A stretch of DNA of 53,147 bases from a bacterium (GCA_024278555.1 JAJRSX010000079.1:1-53147); one strand, 5' to 3'; positions 35,092-45,025 are shown, numbered from the stretch's first letter. Numbers and translations: made by a program. Notes: generated by a model not told the origin, from the letters alone.

Positions 35092-35576
35092 GCAGCCGTG
35101 TCCTCGAACATCTCCCGCTCCATCTGCGCCACCAGGTGCTGGATCGCGGTCGCCGAATTGAGCTCCATGACCTCCGAGCGGAAGCCCGGGGCGCGCACCA
35201 TGCGGGCGAGGCGGGCGAGGACCTGGAGGTGGTCGCGGCTCTTGCTGGTCACCGGTGCGGCGATCAGGAAGAGGAGGTGGACCGGGGCATTGTCGCTGGC
35301 ATCGAACTCGACCCCCTTGTGCGACAGGCCGAGGACGATGCGCAGCTCATTGAGGTCCGGGATCTTGGCGTGGGGGATCGCCACCCCGTCGCCGATGCCG
35401 GTGGAGCCGAGGGCCTCGCGTTCGAGCATCGCGGCAAGTGCCTGCTCGTGGGTCGGGGTGTTGCCGTCCCGGCATGCCACCTCGCACAGCTCGCGGAGGA
35501 CCGCGACCTTGGTCTCCCCGGAAAGCTCCGGGATGATGTGGTCCTCTCCCAGGTGGTCAGCGATGATCAGGGTCAT
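35088..35576 (-). CDS. ptsN: PTS EIIA-Ntr
   Basis: REALGSTGIGDGVAIPHAK, HLQVLARLAR. Confidence 0.92.
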   Translation of the reverse strand: MTLIIADHLGEDHIIPELSGETKVAVLRELCEVACRDGNTPTHEQALAAMLEREALGSTGIGDGVAIPHAKIPDLNELRIVLGLSHKGVEFDASDNAPVHLLFLIAAPVTSKSRDHLQVLARLARMVRAPGFRSEVMELNSATAIQHLVAQMEREMFEDTAA

Positions 35577-35630
35577 GGTTGGCTCCGGCCGCGGGGCGGG
35601 AAGATACCACTTTTGTCGCTGTGTCTCCTC

Positions 35631-36182
35631 CTACTGGTTCTCGATCAGGTCGAAGCGGCGGAGCTTTTCACCGGTACCCCGGGTGAGGATCCGCAGGCGG
35701 CCGTCGACCACGTCGCGGTAGGCCCAGAGGGGCTCGTCGTGGTCCTCCATCAGGCGGATCGCCTCGTACTCCGGGAGCGTCTCGACGTTGATGTCGCGGG
35801 TCTCCTCGATCCGTCCGAGGCTCTCCAGGAGCGCCTCGGAGACGGTCGGCTCCGGCGCGAGGTTGTCCGGGGAGGTGAGCTTCTGGACCCGCGCCTTGGC
35901 CTCGGTGCGCTTGTCGTGGTCGCGCCTAAGCTGGCGCTCCAGCTTGGTGGTGGCGCGGTCAATGGCGGCGTACATGTCGTCGGAGCGCTCCTGCGCCTGG
36001 AAGAGGGTGCGCGGCCCCTTGGCGATGATGTCGGCGATCTGCAGGTTGCGCTCCACCGACAGGGTGACGTGCAGGCGGCTCTGATCGTCGAGGAGACGGG
36101 TGAGCTTTTCGCATCGCTCCTCCGCGTGGCTGCGCAGGCCGTCGGTGAGCTCCATGTGACGCGCCGAGATCGATAGATTCAT
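35631..36182 (-). CDS. hpf: Long-form ribosome hibernation promoting factor
   Basis: MNLSISARHMELT, DMYAAID, C-terminal extension; follows rpoN. Confidence 0.9.
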   Translation of the reverse strand: MNLSISARHMELTDGLRSHAEERCEKLTRLLDDQSRLHVTLSVERNLQIADIIAKGPRTLFQAQERSDDMYAAIDRATTKLERQLRRDHDKRTEAKARVQKLTSPDNLAPEPTVSEALLESLGRIEETRDINVETLPEYEAIRLMEDHDEPLWAYRDVVDGRLRILTRGTGEKLRRFDLIENQ

Positions 36183-36386
36183 TGCTCCCCCAAGAGAGTG
36201 TGGCCAGGGGTAAGTTCAGACGTCCGTCCGTGTCCCGCCAGGCTTCTACCAGCGGCCGTGGTGGTGGACGTGGGGGCTCCGGCTGGCCGTCCGGAGCGCG
36301 TCTGGGATGCTGGTCGCACGGTGGGTTGTGACCGGGTGTGGCGGGCGATGGCTCGAACTCTTTCTTCGTGGGCCCTGACCATGAGT

Positions 36387-37823
36387 CTAGTACCCTCGCC
36401 GGCGGCTGGCGGCGGGGAGGATCTTCAGCTCTTCGCGGTATTTGGCCACCGTACGCCGGGCGATCTTGATCCCCTCCTGGGCCAGGAGGTTAGCGAGGGA
36501 CTGATCGCTGAGACAGCGTTTGGGGTCCTCTTCGGCGAGGATCTCCCGCAGGCGGTTCTTCACGTAGACCGCCGACAGGTCCTCGCCGTGGGTCGACTTG
36601 AGGCTGCTGGAGAAGAAGTACTTGAGCTCGAAGATGCCGCGCTCGCAGTGCAGGTACTTGTTGCTGGTGACCCGTGAGATGGTCGACTCGTGCATCCCCA
36701 GGTCCTCGGCGACGTCGCGCAGGATGAGCGGCCGCAGGTAATTGGGACCCTTGAGGAAGAAGTCGCGTTGGAAGCGGAGGATCGACTCGGTGGTCCGGTA
36801 GATCGTCTTCTGCCGCTGGTCGAGGCTCTTGATGAGGGCCATCGCGTGGTTGAGCTTCTCCTTGATGAACTCGCGCGAAGCGGCGTCCATCTCCTCGCTG
36901 TTCAGCCGCTTGTACATCTCCAGGTAATAGGGGGAGATGCGCGGCCGCGGCAGGCCGTCGTCGTTCAGGCGGATCTCGAACTGGTCGCCCTTGCGGACCA
37001 CGTAGACGTCCGGGACGACGTAGATCGGCGCGTCGCTGTCGAAGCGGCGCCCCGGCTTCGGTTCGAGCTGGCGGAGCTGGTGCAGTGCCGCCAGGATTTC
37101 GTCGACACTGGTCTCCAGGGCCTCCGCCACCTCCGTGTACCGGCGGGTCTCCAGATCCTTCAGATAGTTGCGGATCAGCGGCTCGACCAGGGGGTGGGGA
37201 TCGGCGACCTGTTTGAGCTGCAGGAGGAGACACTCGGTGAGGTCGCGGGCAAAGGCGCCGACCGGGTCGAGGCGGCGCAGGTGGGTGAGGACCTTGGGGA
37301 TCTGCTCCACTGGGCAGTGGCAGAGCTGCGACAGGGCCTCGTCGTTCTCGCGCAGGTAGCCGTCGCCGTCGAGGCAGCCGATGAGACACGGCCCGATCTT
37401 CTTGACGAACTCCGGCAGGTTGCTCACCCGGAGCTGCCACACCAGGTGGTCGGCGAGGGAGCGCTCCACCGTATAGGTGGACTCCAGGGTCGGGCGCTCT
37501 CCGTCGTCGAGGGGCACCCCCGCCTCCGCCTGGAAGCCGGAGCCGATGGCGGAGTCCATGTACTGCTCCCAGTCGAGCTCCTCCCCACCGCTCCCCTCCT
37601 CCTTCGCCTTCTCCTTCTCCGTGGCCGATTCGGCGACCCGTTGCTCCACCGTGCCCTCTTCCAGGGTCTCCTCCTCGAGGACCGGGTTCTCCACCATCTC
37701 CTCCTGGATCGCCTGCTCCAGATCGAGGCGGGAGAGCTGCAGGAGGCGGATCGCCTGCTGAAGCTGGGGGGTCATCACCAGCTTCTGGGTCAGCTTGAGG
37801 GAGAGCTTGGGACTCAGCTGCAT
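36387..37823 (-). CDS. rpoN: RNA polymerase sigma-54 factor
   Basis: MTPQLQQAIRLLQL, HESTISR, ARRTVAKYRE RpoN box. Confidence 0.98.
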   Translation of the reverse strand: MQLSPKLSLKLTQKLVMTPQLQQAIRLLQLSRLDLEQAIQEEMVENPVLEEETLEEGTVEQRVAESATEKEKAKEEGSGGEELDWEQYMDSAIGSGFQAEAGVPLDDGERPTLESTYTVERSLADHLVWQLRVSNLPEFVKKIGPCLIGCLDGDGYLRENDEALSQLCHCPVEQIPKVLTHLRRLDPVGAFARDLTECLLLQLKQVADPHPLVEPLIRNYLKDLETRRYTEVAEALETSVDEILAALHQLRQLEPKPGRRFDSDAPIYVVPDVYVVRKGDQFEIRLNDDGLPRPRISPYYLEMYKRLNSEEMDAASREFIKEKLNHAMALIKSLDQRQKTIYRTTESILRFQRDFFLKGPNYLRPLILRDVAEDLGMHESTISRVTSNKYLHCERGIFELKYFFSSSLKSTHGEDLSAVYVKNRLREILAEEDPKRCLSDQSLANLLAQEGIKIARRTVAKYREELKILPAASRRRGY

Positions 37824-38003
37824 GGAGGTCTCTTCGGTGCACCCTCTTGATGTGTGAGCCAGCCTGCCGTTGCTACGGTGGCGATCCGGACGGTGTGATC
37901 GCACCACGCGGTGCGGCAGCGGACAAGGTGAGCGACCATTCTCCCATCCGAGAGGCCCACCGTGCGAGCGGCTCGACAGGTGTCGAATACCTCCGGGTGT
38001 CGC

Positions 38004-38732
38004 CTAGTCATCGCAATCCAGAATGAAGTTCTCACCCAAGTATACTGCCCGCGCGAGGTCGCTCTTGGCGATGTCGCACGACGGCCCGGAGAGGAGCATC
38101 TCCCCCTCGTTCATGATGAAGGCGGTGTCGACGATCGACAGGGTGTCACGCACCGAGTGGTCGGTGATCAACACCCCGATCCCCTGGGCGCGCAGGTTGA
38201 GGATGATCTCCTGGATGTCGGCCACGGCGATCGGGTCGACGCCGGCGAACGGCTCGTCGAGGAGGATGAAGGCGGGGTCCAGTACCAGGGCGCGGGCGAT
38301 CTCCGCCCGCCGCCGCTCGCCGCCGGAGAGGGCGTAGCCGGGCGACGCCCGCACGTGGGCGATGGAGAGCTCCGCAAGCAGCCGTTCGCACCGCTCCTGG
38401 CGCTCCCCGCGCGGGATGTCGAGGGTCTCGGCCACCGCCAGGAGGTTCTCCTCCACCGACAGGCGGCGAAAGATCGACGGCTCCTGCGGCAGGTATGAGA
38501 TGCCCAGCCGCGCCCGCCGGAACATGGGGGTATCGCTGATCTCCTCCTGGTTGAGAAAGATATGGCCGTCATCCAGGGGGATCAGGCCGACGGTCATGTA
38601 GAAGCTGGTGGTCTTGCCGGCGCCATTCGGCCCCAGGAGGCCGACGATCTCGCCGCGATGGATGGCGAAGGAGACCCCCTTCACCACCTGCCGGCCGCCG
38701 AACTGCTTCTGTAGGTTCTCTACCTTGAGCAC
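38004..38732 (-). CDS. lptB: LPS export ABC ATPase LptB
   Basis: GPNGAGKTT, LSGGERRRAEIAR, LDEPFAGVDP, ITDH. Confidence 0.95.
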   Translation of the reverse strand: MLKVENLQKQFGGRQVVKGVSFAIHRGEIVGLLGPNGAGKTTSFYMTVGLIPLDDGHIFLNQEEISDTPMFRRARLGISYLPQEPSIFRRLSVEENLLAVAETLDIPRGERQERCERLLAELSIAHVRASPGYALSGGERRRAEIARALVLDPAFILLDEPFAGVDPIAVADIQEIILNLRAQGIGVLITDHSVRDTLSIVDTAFIMNEGEMLLSGPSCDIAKSDLARAVYLGENFILDCDD

Positions 38733-38756
38733 GGTGCCCGTTCTCCTGGAGCGACC

Positions 38757-39602
38757 CTACTCGGGCCGGTAGCGGATGGTCCCACGCTCTACCCGGACTT
38801 GTCGCGTTTGAAGGTCGAGGTGGATGGCGTCGCCGCGGATCTCGTTGCCCCCCTCTGCCAGGCGTGCCTGCCCGGTGAGGGTAAGGTGGTGGCGGAGGAG
38901 GTCGTAGTGGGCCTCCTTTGCCGCGCCGCGTCGGCCGCCATCGACCACCCGCACGCCGCCGACCGCGTCGATCCGCTGCACGGTGGTGCCGTTGGCGTTG
39001 GTGTGGACGGTGATGTCGTCGCCCCACAGGTGGCGGGTCCCGCTCACCACCTCTACCTTGCCTCTCAGGTGCGCCACCCCGCGCAGGTCGTCCGCCTCGA
39101 TGGTGTCCGCCACCACCCGCACCGCCGGGTTGGCGCCCTCCGCCGGCACCAGCAGGTGGCCGGCGACCACCGCGACCGTGCGCCGGCGGGTGTCGAGGTC
39201 GATCCGCTCGCCCGCCACCTCGCGCCCCGCGCCCCACACCTTTGCCTTGCCGGTGAGGGTGGAGCGGCCCGAGGCCCCATCGAAGTCGGCCGCCTCGGCG
39301 GTGGCGGTGTACGGCCCGTAGATGAGCTGCACCGCCCCCTTCGCCACCACCCGGCGGAGGGTGTGGCCGGGCGTCTCCAGGGTGAGGTCGACCCGCGCGG
39401 CGCGCAGCCGCTGGGCGCCGCTGGTGATCTCCACATGGCCGGTGAAGGTGAGCCGGCCGCCGGCCAGCTCCCCCTCCAGTCGGTCCGCGGTGGCGTCGAG
39501 CCCCGCCGCCAGGGTGAGCGGCGGCGGCGACGGTGCCCAGCCGCCGGAGGCGGCGGCCGGCGCCGCCGTGGCCGCGAGGATGAGGAGGAGGGCGGCGATC
39601 AT
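38757..39602 (-). CDS. lptA: LptA with two tandem OstA domains
   Basis: Signal peptide, two repeats of A(D)xxE...GxV...LTGxA...G(E/D)xI; between lptC and lptB. Confidence 0.8.
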   Translation of the reverse strand: MIAALLLILAATAAPAAASGGWAPSPPPLTLAAGLDATADRLEGELAGGRLTFTGHVEITSGAQRLRAARVDLTLETPGHTLRRVVAKGAVQLIYGPYTATAEAADFDGASGRSTLTGKAKVWGAGREVAGERIDLDTRRRTVAVVAGHLLVPAEGANPAVRVVADTIEADDLRGVAHLRGKVEVVSGTRHLWGDDITVHTNANGTTVQRIDAVGGVRVVDGGRRGAAKEAHYDLLRHHLTLTGQARLAEGGNEIRGDAIHLDLQTRQVRVERGTIRYRPE

Positions 39603-40222
39603 GCGACGCGGCGCCGGGCAGACGACGGAGCGATGGCCTCGGGATCGCCGGCGGCGGGGTGGGGGGATGGCGGCGGGGTGACTACCAGGTGGACCGCCTC
39701 TTCCACGGTGATCCGGCGGGTGGCCACGTCGTAGGTGAACCCCTCCCCGGCGATCCGATACGGCGGCCGCCGGAGGTCGAGGGGGCCGTCCCCGGTGAGG
39801 ACACGGCTGGGACCGTCGAAGTGGAGCTGGGGGGTGGTGAGACGCAGGCCGTCGGGATCGGTGATCCGCACCCCGCCGGTGAGGTCGAAGGTGAAGGAGG
39901 CGAGGTCCACGTGGCCGCTGGTCGCCTCCAGGTGGAGGAGGACCCGCTTGCCGTCGCGCAGGTCGGCGCGGATTGCCTCCACCTCCACCCGGTTGTCGTG
40001 CTCAAAGTAGCGGGCGCGGTGCGCCTTGAGGAGCCAGTGGGTCAGCTCACCCCGGGTCTCGGTAAAGGTGAAGTCGGTGACCACCGCCGGTGCGCCGTCC
40101 GCCTCGCCGCTGCCTGTGGGCGGCGCGGCCGGACCGTGGGCGAGGAGGAAATAGAGGGTGGCCACCAGGGCCACCGCCATCGTGGTGACCAGTGTGGAGG
40201 TGGGTGTGACGCGCAGGATCAT
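39599..40222 (-). CDS. lptC: LPS export protein LptC
   Basis: N-terminal TM, WLLKAHRA, LTGGV, LTTPQL; operon position. Confidence 0.82.
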   Translation of the reverse strand: MILRVTPTSTLVTTMAVALVATLYFLLAHGPAAPPTGSGEADGAPAVVTDFTFTETRGELTHWLLKAHRARYFEHDNRVEVEAIRADLRDGKRVLLHLEATSGHVDLASFTFDLTGGVRITDPDGLRLTTPQLHFDGPSRVLTGDGPLDLRRPPYRIAGEGFTYDVATRRITVEEAVHLVVTPPPSPHPAAGDPEAIAPSSARRRVA

Positions 40223-40298
40223 GGGCAGCGGTAGAAAGGGGAGTACACGGTGCCACGGTTGGTGCCGATGAAGGTACTAACAGAGCCGCGAGGGAACC

Positions 40299-40859
40299 AT
40301 GGCGACTACCGACCCCGACCCTACCCTCCTCTCCTTCTTCCGACGAGAGTTGGCGCGCATTGTCGCCGACGCAACGATCCCGTCACAGGAGACCATCGAC
40401 TACCTCAGCCGGATGCTCAGCCGCTTCGTGCGCACCGTCGACCTCTTTCCCGTCGACGGTCGCGGCGAGGCCATGGTGGCGGTGGCGGATATCCTCGGGG
40501 CGGCAGAGGGGTGTCGCGGGGTGGAGGGGATCGACACCTACGATCCGTTCGGCGAGGCGCGTTGGGTGCGCCACCTGGGGGACTACACCCTGTTCATGGC
40601 CGGGCTCTTTCGAGAGCGGGTGGAGCAGCGCGCCGGGGTACGGTTCTACGTCGACGTGGGGCGCCACGCCTACCACCGCGCCGCCGACTTTGAGGCGCTC
40701 CTCGACCCGCGCCGATCGCACCTCTTCGCGGAGCTCGCCGAGACCTTCGAGCTGTGCGTCGCCACCCTCACCACCTTTCGCCGCCGCGGCCGCGGCGCCG
40801 CTCTGCCTGCCCACGTGGTGGGCGACGGTCGGATCCTCTTCGGCCGCCTCGACGGTTGA
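40299..40859 (+). CDS. Conserved hypothetical helical protein
   Basis: GAGG RBS; LGDYTLFMAGLF...YVDVGRHAY motif. Confidence 0.7.
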   Translation: MATTDPDPTLLSFFRRELARIVADATIPSQETIDYLSRMLSRFVRTVDLFPVDGRGEAMVAVADILGAAEGCRGVEGIDTYDPFGEARWVRHLGDYTLFMAGLFRERVEQRAGVRFYVDVGRHAYHRAADFEALLDPRRSHLFAELAETFELCVATLTTFRRRGRGAALPAHVVGDGRILFGRLDG

Positions 40860-41049
40860 GCGCGACCGGCTTCTCGCATCCTGGATCGTCGGCCCCCGGT
40901 CGTTCCGTTGTGCCGGTTGTGGAGATCGCCCCGTGTCCCCCGGGGTGGAGTAGGGGACGACGATTATCGCGTAGCGCCTGACTTGCCTTTAGTCGCGCCC
41001 ATGCTAATTTTGAGAGGTCCTTGTTAACCCGTTGGCGGAGGTGTGTCTT

Positions 41050-41262
41050 ATGCCCTTTACCGGTTCCCAGGCCGAGCGTGCACGCAAGGAGAACCCCCGG
41101 TTTCGCAAGCTCGAGGAGGACCACTCCTCGTACGAGACGGAGTTGGAGAAGATCGAGCAAATCCGGCATCTCACCCCGGATCTCGAGGTGCGCAGGTTGA
41201 CCCTGAAGAAGCTCAAGCTCCAGGCCAAGGATGAGATGAAGATGATCCTCGGCTCCCTGTAG
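41050..41262 (+). CDS. YdcH/DUF465 family coiled-coil protein
   Basis: GGAGG RBS; FRKLEEDH...LKKLKLQAKDEM. Confidence 0.82.
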   Translation: MPFTGSQAERARKENPRFRKLEEDHSSYETELEKIEQIRHLTPDLEVRRLTLKKLKLQAKDEMKMILGSL

Positions 41263-41284
41263 CCGGGTCGCAACGGACCCTTGG

Positions 41285-41315
41285 GGCCTCGGGCGGCGAC
41301 GCCCGGGGCCTTTTT
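41285..41315 (+). terminator. Rho-independent terminator
   Basis: GGCCTCGGGCG/CGCCCGGGGCC followed by TTTTT. Confidence 0.8.
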
Positions 41316-41335
41316 CGTTGTCGTGGGGGTGTGTG

Positions 41336-41935
41336 GTGGTGGATCGCGGCGGGGTGGACCGGGGGGGGGACAAACAGGCGTGGCGCGCCCGTCTGCGGGC
41401 GGTGCGCGCGGCAGTGGAGGGGGAGGCGCGGCAGGCGGCGGCAGAGGCGGTCGCCGCCCGCCTCACCGCCTCACCCCTGTGGGCGGCGGCCGGGACCATC
41501 CTCGCCTACGCCGCCACCGCCACCGAGCTCCCCACCCTGCCGCTCCTGAGCGTCGCTCTGGCCGGGCACAAGCGGCTCTGCCTGCCGCGGGTCGCCGCCG
41601 ACGGCGACCTGATCCTCCACCGGGTCGAGGCGCTGGAGGGGCTCGTTCCCGGGTACCGCGGTCTGCTGGAGCCGGCCGCCGACGCGCCGCGGGTGGCTCC
41701 GGCGGAGGTCGACCTGGCGGTGGTCCCCGGGGTCGGCTTCGACCGCGATGGTGTCCGCCTCGGCCAGGGGGGCGGCCACTACGATCGCCTCCTCGCCCGG
41801 TTCGCGCCCACCTGCGTCGTCTGCGGCGCCGCCTTTGCCTGCCAGGTGGTGGCCCGCCTGCCGAGCCATCCGCACGATCGGCCGGTCGCCTACGTGGTCA
41901 CCGAACAGAGCCTTCTTCAGATCGGAACCACGTAA
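41336..41935 (+). CDS. ygfA: 5-formyltetrahydrofolate cyclo-ligase
   Basis: VPGVGFDRDGVRLGQGGGHYDR, HDRPV; start codon uncertain. Confidence 0.92.
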   Translation: MVDRGGVDRGGDKQAWRARLRAVRAAVEGEARQAAAEAVAARLTASPLWAAAGTILAYAATATELPTLPLLSVALAGHKRLCLPRVAADGDLILHRVEALEGLVPGYRGLLEPAADAPRVAPAEVDLAVVPGVGFDRDGVRLGQGGGHYDRLLARFAPTCVVCGAAFACQVVARLPSHPHDRPVAYVVTEQSLLQIGTT

Positions 41936-42055
41936 CCCTCTCAATGCTTTATGCTTCACCGCGGGGTGGTCGAAAAGCGCCTTATCCGGAGGCGTAAGTC
42001 GACCGCCCCGAAGGAGAGATTGAAGGCACCTCAGCCGGCGGAATGAATCGGTCTT

Positions 42056-43741
42056 ATGCGCCACCTGTTCCACCGAGGTCGGGAAGAGAGAGGGGAGGTT
42101 ACCTACCTCCTCTGGCTCGCCTTTCTCCTCGTCTTCATCCTCCCGATCCTCGTCCTCGTCCTGCTCCTGTATCAGGTGGCGCGGGGCGGCGGCGTCGACT
42201 CCATTACCTACCTCTTTGGTGCCATCGCCTTCGGCCTGATCGGCTTTGCCCTCCTGCGCGGCGAGCTTGCCGCGACCGGTGACGCGCCGGTGGTGGTGGC
42301 CGGGGGTGATGGAGAGGGCGACGGCGACACCCCACCGGCGGTGCGTCTGGAGGGGATTGCCAACCACTTCGACGACCTCCTCGAAGGGTTCCACGACACC
42401 TCCCACCAGCTCACCCGGCAGGTCCTGCAGCTCTCCTCCCTGAACGAGATCTCCGAGTTCGCCGCCCGCCTCACCGACCTCAACGACATGCTCGATCGGG
42501 TCTTGGTGCGCGCCATGCGGGTGGTGAACGCCGAGATCGGCTCGATCATGCGGCTGGTGGAGGGCGGCAAGGAGCTGGAGCTGATCGCCGCCTACGGCCT
42601 GGAGGTCGACGCGCGCATCGGCAGTCGGGTCGCGGTGGCCGACTCCCTGTCGCGGGTGGCGGTGCAGGAGGGCAAGGCGGTGGTGGTTGCCGATATCGCC
42701 ACCGACCCGCGGTTTGAGCGGTTCAACGACGCCAAGTACGGCGCCCCGAGCTTCCTCACCGTGCCGCTGTTTGCCCACGGCGAGCTGATCGGGGTGATCA
42801 ACCTGTCGAAGAAGCGCGACGGCGGCCCCTTCACCGAGGAGGATATCCACTTCCTCAACGCCGCCTTCGGCCAGATCGGCTTCGCCCTGGAAAACGCCCG
42901 CCTCTACGAGCGGATGGAGCAGGGGTATCGCGAGCTCAAGGGGCTCAACCAGCAGCTCAAGGGGTACGCCGCCGACCTGGAGGGGCAGATCCAGGCGCGC
43001 ACCCGGGAGGTCGAGGAGGCCAACGAACACCTGCGGGCGGAGATGGCGCGGGTGGCGGAGGCGGACCGGGTGAAGGCCGACTTCATCGCCTCGGTCTCCC
43101 ACGAGTTCCGCACCCCGCTCAACGCGGTCCTCGGCTTCTCCAGCCTCATCCTCTCGGGTCAGGAGGGGGAGATCCCGGAGCAGGTGCGTACCGACGTCGA
43201 GATGGTCCACCAGGCGGGCGAGCGGCTCCTGCGCATCGTCTCCAACATCCTCGACACCTCGCGCATCGAGACCGGAAACTTCGAGGTCGATCGCCGGCCC
43301 GTCGCCCTGGCGGAGATCCTTCACGAGGTGGCGGAGCGGGGGTGCGCCCTGCCGCGCGCCGAGGGGGTCACCTGTACGCACGACCTCCCCTCCAACCTCC
43401 ACCTGGTCTCCGCCGATCGCGACAAGCTGGTCAGCGCCCTGCTGCACCTGGTGGAGAACGCCTGCAAGTTCACCCAGGCGGGCGAGGTCCGCCTCGCCGG
43501 TGAGCAGCGCGGCAACCAGGCGGTGGTGACGGTCACCGACAGCGGCATCGGCATCGCCGAGCAGGACCTGCCGTACGTCTTAGACAAGTTCTGGCAGCAC
43601 CCGTCGCACCGGGGCATGGGGGGGACCGGCCTCGGCCTCGCCCTGGTGAAGCGGATCATCGAGCTCCACGACGGCACCATCGAGGTGGCGAGCCGTTCCG
43701 GCGGCCCCACCACCTTCACGGTGACCCTGCCGACCCTGTAG
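42056..43741 (+). CDS. Membrane sensor histidine kinase (GAF-HisKA-HATPase)
   Basis: Two N-terminal TMs, GAF (DPRF, LIGVINL, LENARLY), SHEFRTPL, NACKFT, DSGIG, GTGLGL. Confidence 0.93.
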   Translation: MRHLFHRGREERGEVTYLLWLAFLLVFILPILVLVLLLYQVARGGGVDSITYLFGAIAFGLIGFALLRGELAATGDAPVVVAGGDGEGDGDTPPAVRLEGIANHFDDLLEGFHDTSHQLTRQVLQLSSLNEISEFAARLTDLNDMLDRVLVRAMRVVNAEIGSIMRLVEGGKELELIAAYGLEVDARIGSRVAVADSLSRVAVQEGKAVVVADIATDPRFERFNDAKYGAPSFLTVPLFAHGELIGVINLSKKRDGGPFTEEDIHFLNAAFGQIGFALENARLYERMEQGYRELKGLNQQLKGYAADLEGQIQARTREVEEANEHLRAEMARVAEADRVKADFIASVSHEFRTPLNAVLGFSSLILSGQEGEIPEQVRTDVEMVHQAGERLLRIVSNILDTSRIETGNFEVDRRPVALAEILHEVAERGCALPRAEGVTCTHDLPSNLHLVSADRDKLVSALLHLVENACKFTQAGEVRLAGEQRGNQAVVTVTDSGIGIAEQDLPYVLDKFWQHPSHRGMGGTGLGLALVKRIIELHDGTIEVASRSGGPTTFTVTLPTL

Positions 43742-43892
43742 GAGCGGGGTTGTACCCGCGGAACAGGCCCCAGCTTGAGATCGGGGTGCCTGCCGCGCTA
43801 TCTGCGGATCGCGGTTGGCGAGCGAGCGCCTCGAGCGGATCCGCGTCGGGCCTGCCGCGCTGCGCGCGGATCGCGGGTGCCCCCGCTCCTAC
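43738..43892. repeat. REP doublet supplying both flanking TAG stop codons
   Basis: GTAGGAGCGGGGTTGTACCCGCG at 43738 and TCGCGGGTGCCCCCGCTCCTAC ending 43892. Confidence 0.75.
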
Positions 43893-45025
43893 AGGGTGCT
43901 TTCCTGCACCCGGATCGGCTCCTTGATCTTCAGGAGGCGTGCCTGGTTGTGGAGCCGGGCGATGACCGCGGCGGTGATCCGGTGGCCGGGGGCGAAGAGG
44001 AGGCGGCCATCGTCGGTCTCGATCGGGGAGAGGAGGGTCTGGCCGGGAGAGAGGCCCATCACCCCCACCTCGGACACCTTGGTTGTTTGGCCATCGGCCG
44101 ACGATTGGGCCGCCACCACTACCCGCGGGTCGAAGCGCCCAGACTGCTCTGCCAGCCGTTGCACCGCGTCCGCCCGCTCGACTCCACGACCGGTGAGGTC
44201 GGTGACCGCGGTCGCCACCTGCAAGATGCGCGCGGCGATCGGGATCTCCTCGCCGGCGACGTCGTCGCGTGGGAAGCCGGACCCCTCGAACCGCTTATTC
44301 TGATACAGGATCGCCTCCGCCACGCCGCCGAGGCGCGGGATATTGGAGAGCATCCGGTGGGCCGCCTCCGGCAGCCGCTCCACCATCTCCGCCTCCTCAT
44401 CCGAGAGGGCAGCCCCGCTGCGGACCTTGGCGAGGGTGTCGGGGGGCAGGGTGACGTTGGCGATGGGGGCGAGCATGGTCGCCACCTCCGCCTCCCACGC
44501 ATCGCCCACCCCGAGGGTCTTGGTCAGGTTCGCCGCCTCCTCGCGGGCCGCGAGTGACCGGTCGAAGGAGTCCGGGTCGACCATCGTGAGGATGTCGGCG
44601 ACGAGCTGGATGGCGCCGTTGAGGGTCTCCTCCAGGACCCGCCGCTCGGCGGTCTGCCGGCGGTGGAGCTCTAGGGCGGCGTCCAGAGCCTCGGTAAGGG
44701 TCTCCGGCGGGCACGGTTTGGTGAGAAAGCGAAAGACCTGGCCGCGGTTCACCGCCTCCTGCGCGGTCTCCTGGTCGGCATTGCCGGTGAGCATGAGGCG
44801 TACCGTCTCCGGGGAGCGACGACACACCTCGGCGAGCAGGGCCACGCCGTCCATCTCCGGCATCCGCTGGTCGGAGACAATCACCGCAAAGGGGCCGCTC
44901 TCCAGGAGCTGCAGCGCCTGCTCGCCGCCCAGGGCCGTCTTGATGCGAAACCGCTTGCGCAGGTGGCGCTGGAAGCCGGAGAGGATATTCGCCTCGTCAT
45001 CGACCAGGAGGATGCGTTCGCTCAT
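43889..45025 (-). CDS. Response regulator with degenerate HD-GYP-like domain
   Basis: LLVDDE, SDQRMP, LTKP; LAPIANV in place of LHDIGK, GSGFP, IPIAARIL. Confidence 0.88.
   Translation of the reverse strand: MSERILLVDDEANILSGFQRHLRKRFRIKTALGGEQALQLLESGPFAVIVSDQRMPEMDGVALLAEVCRRSPETVRLMLTGNADQETAQEAVNRGQVFRFLTKPCPPETLTEALDAALELHRRQTAERRVLEETLNGAIQLVADILTMVDPDSFDRSLAAREEAANLTKTLGVGDAWEAEVATMLAPIANVTLPPDTLAKVRSGAALSDEEAEMVERLPEAAHRMLSNIPRLGGVAEAILYQNKRFEGSGFPRDDVAGEEIPIAARILQVATAVTDLTGRGVERADAVQRLAEQSGRFDPRVVVAAQSSADGQTTKVSEVGVMGLSPGQTLLSPIETDDGRLLFAPGHRITAAVIARLHNQARLLKIKEPIRVQESTL

Noticed and set aside
40860-41335. 6S RNA upstream of ygfA
   Set aside because: Space is occupied by a DUF465 gene and its terminator; no 6S-like rod recognised
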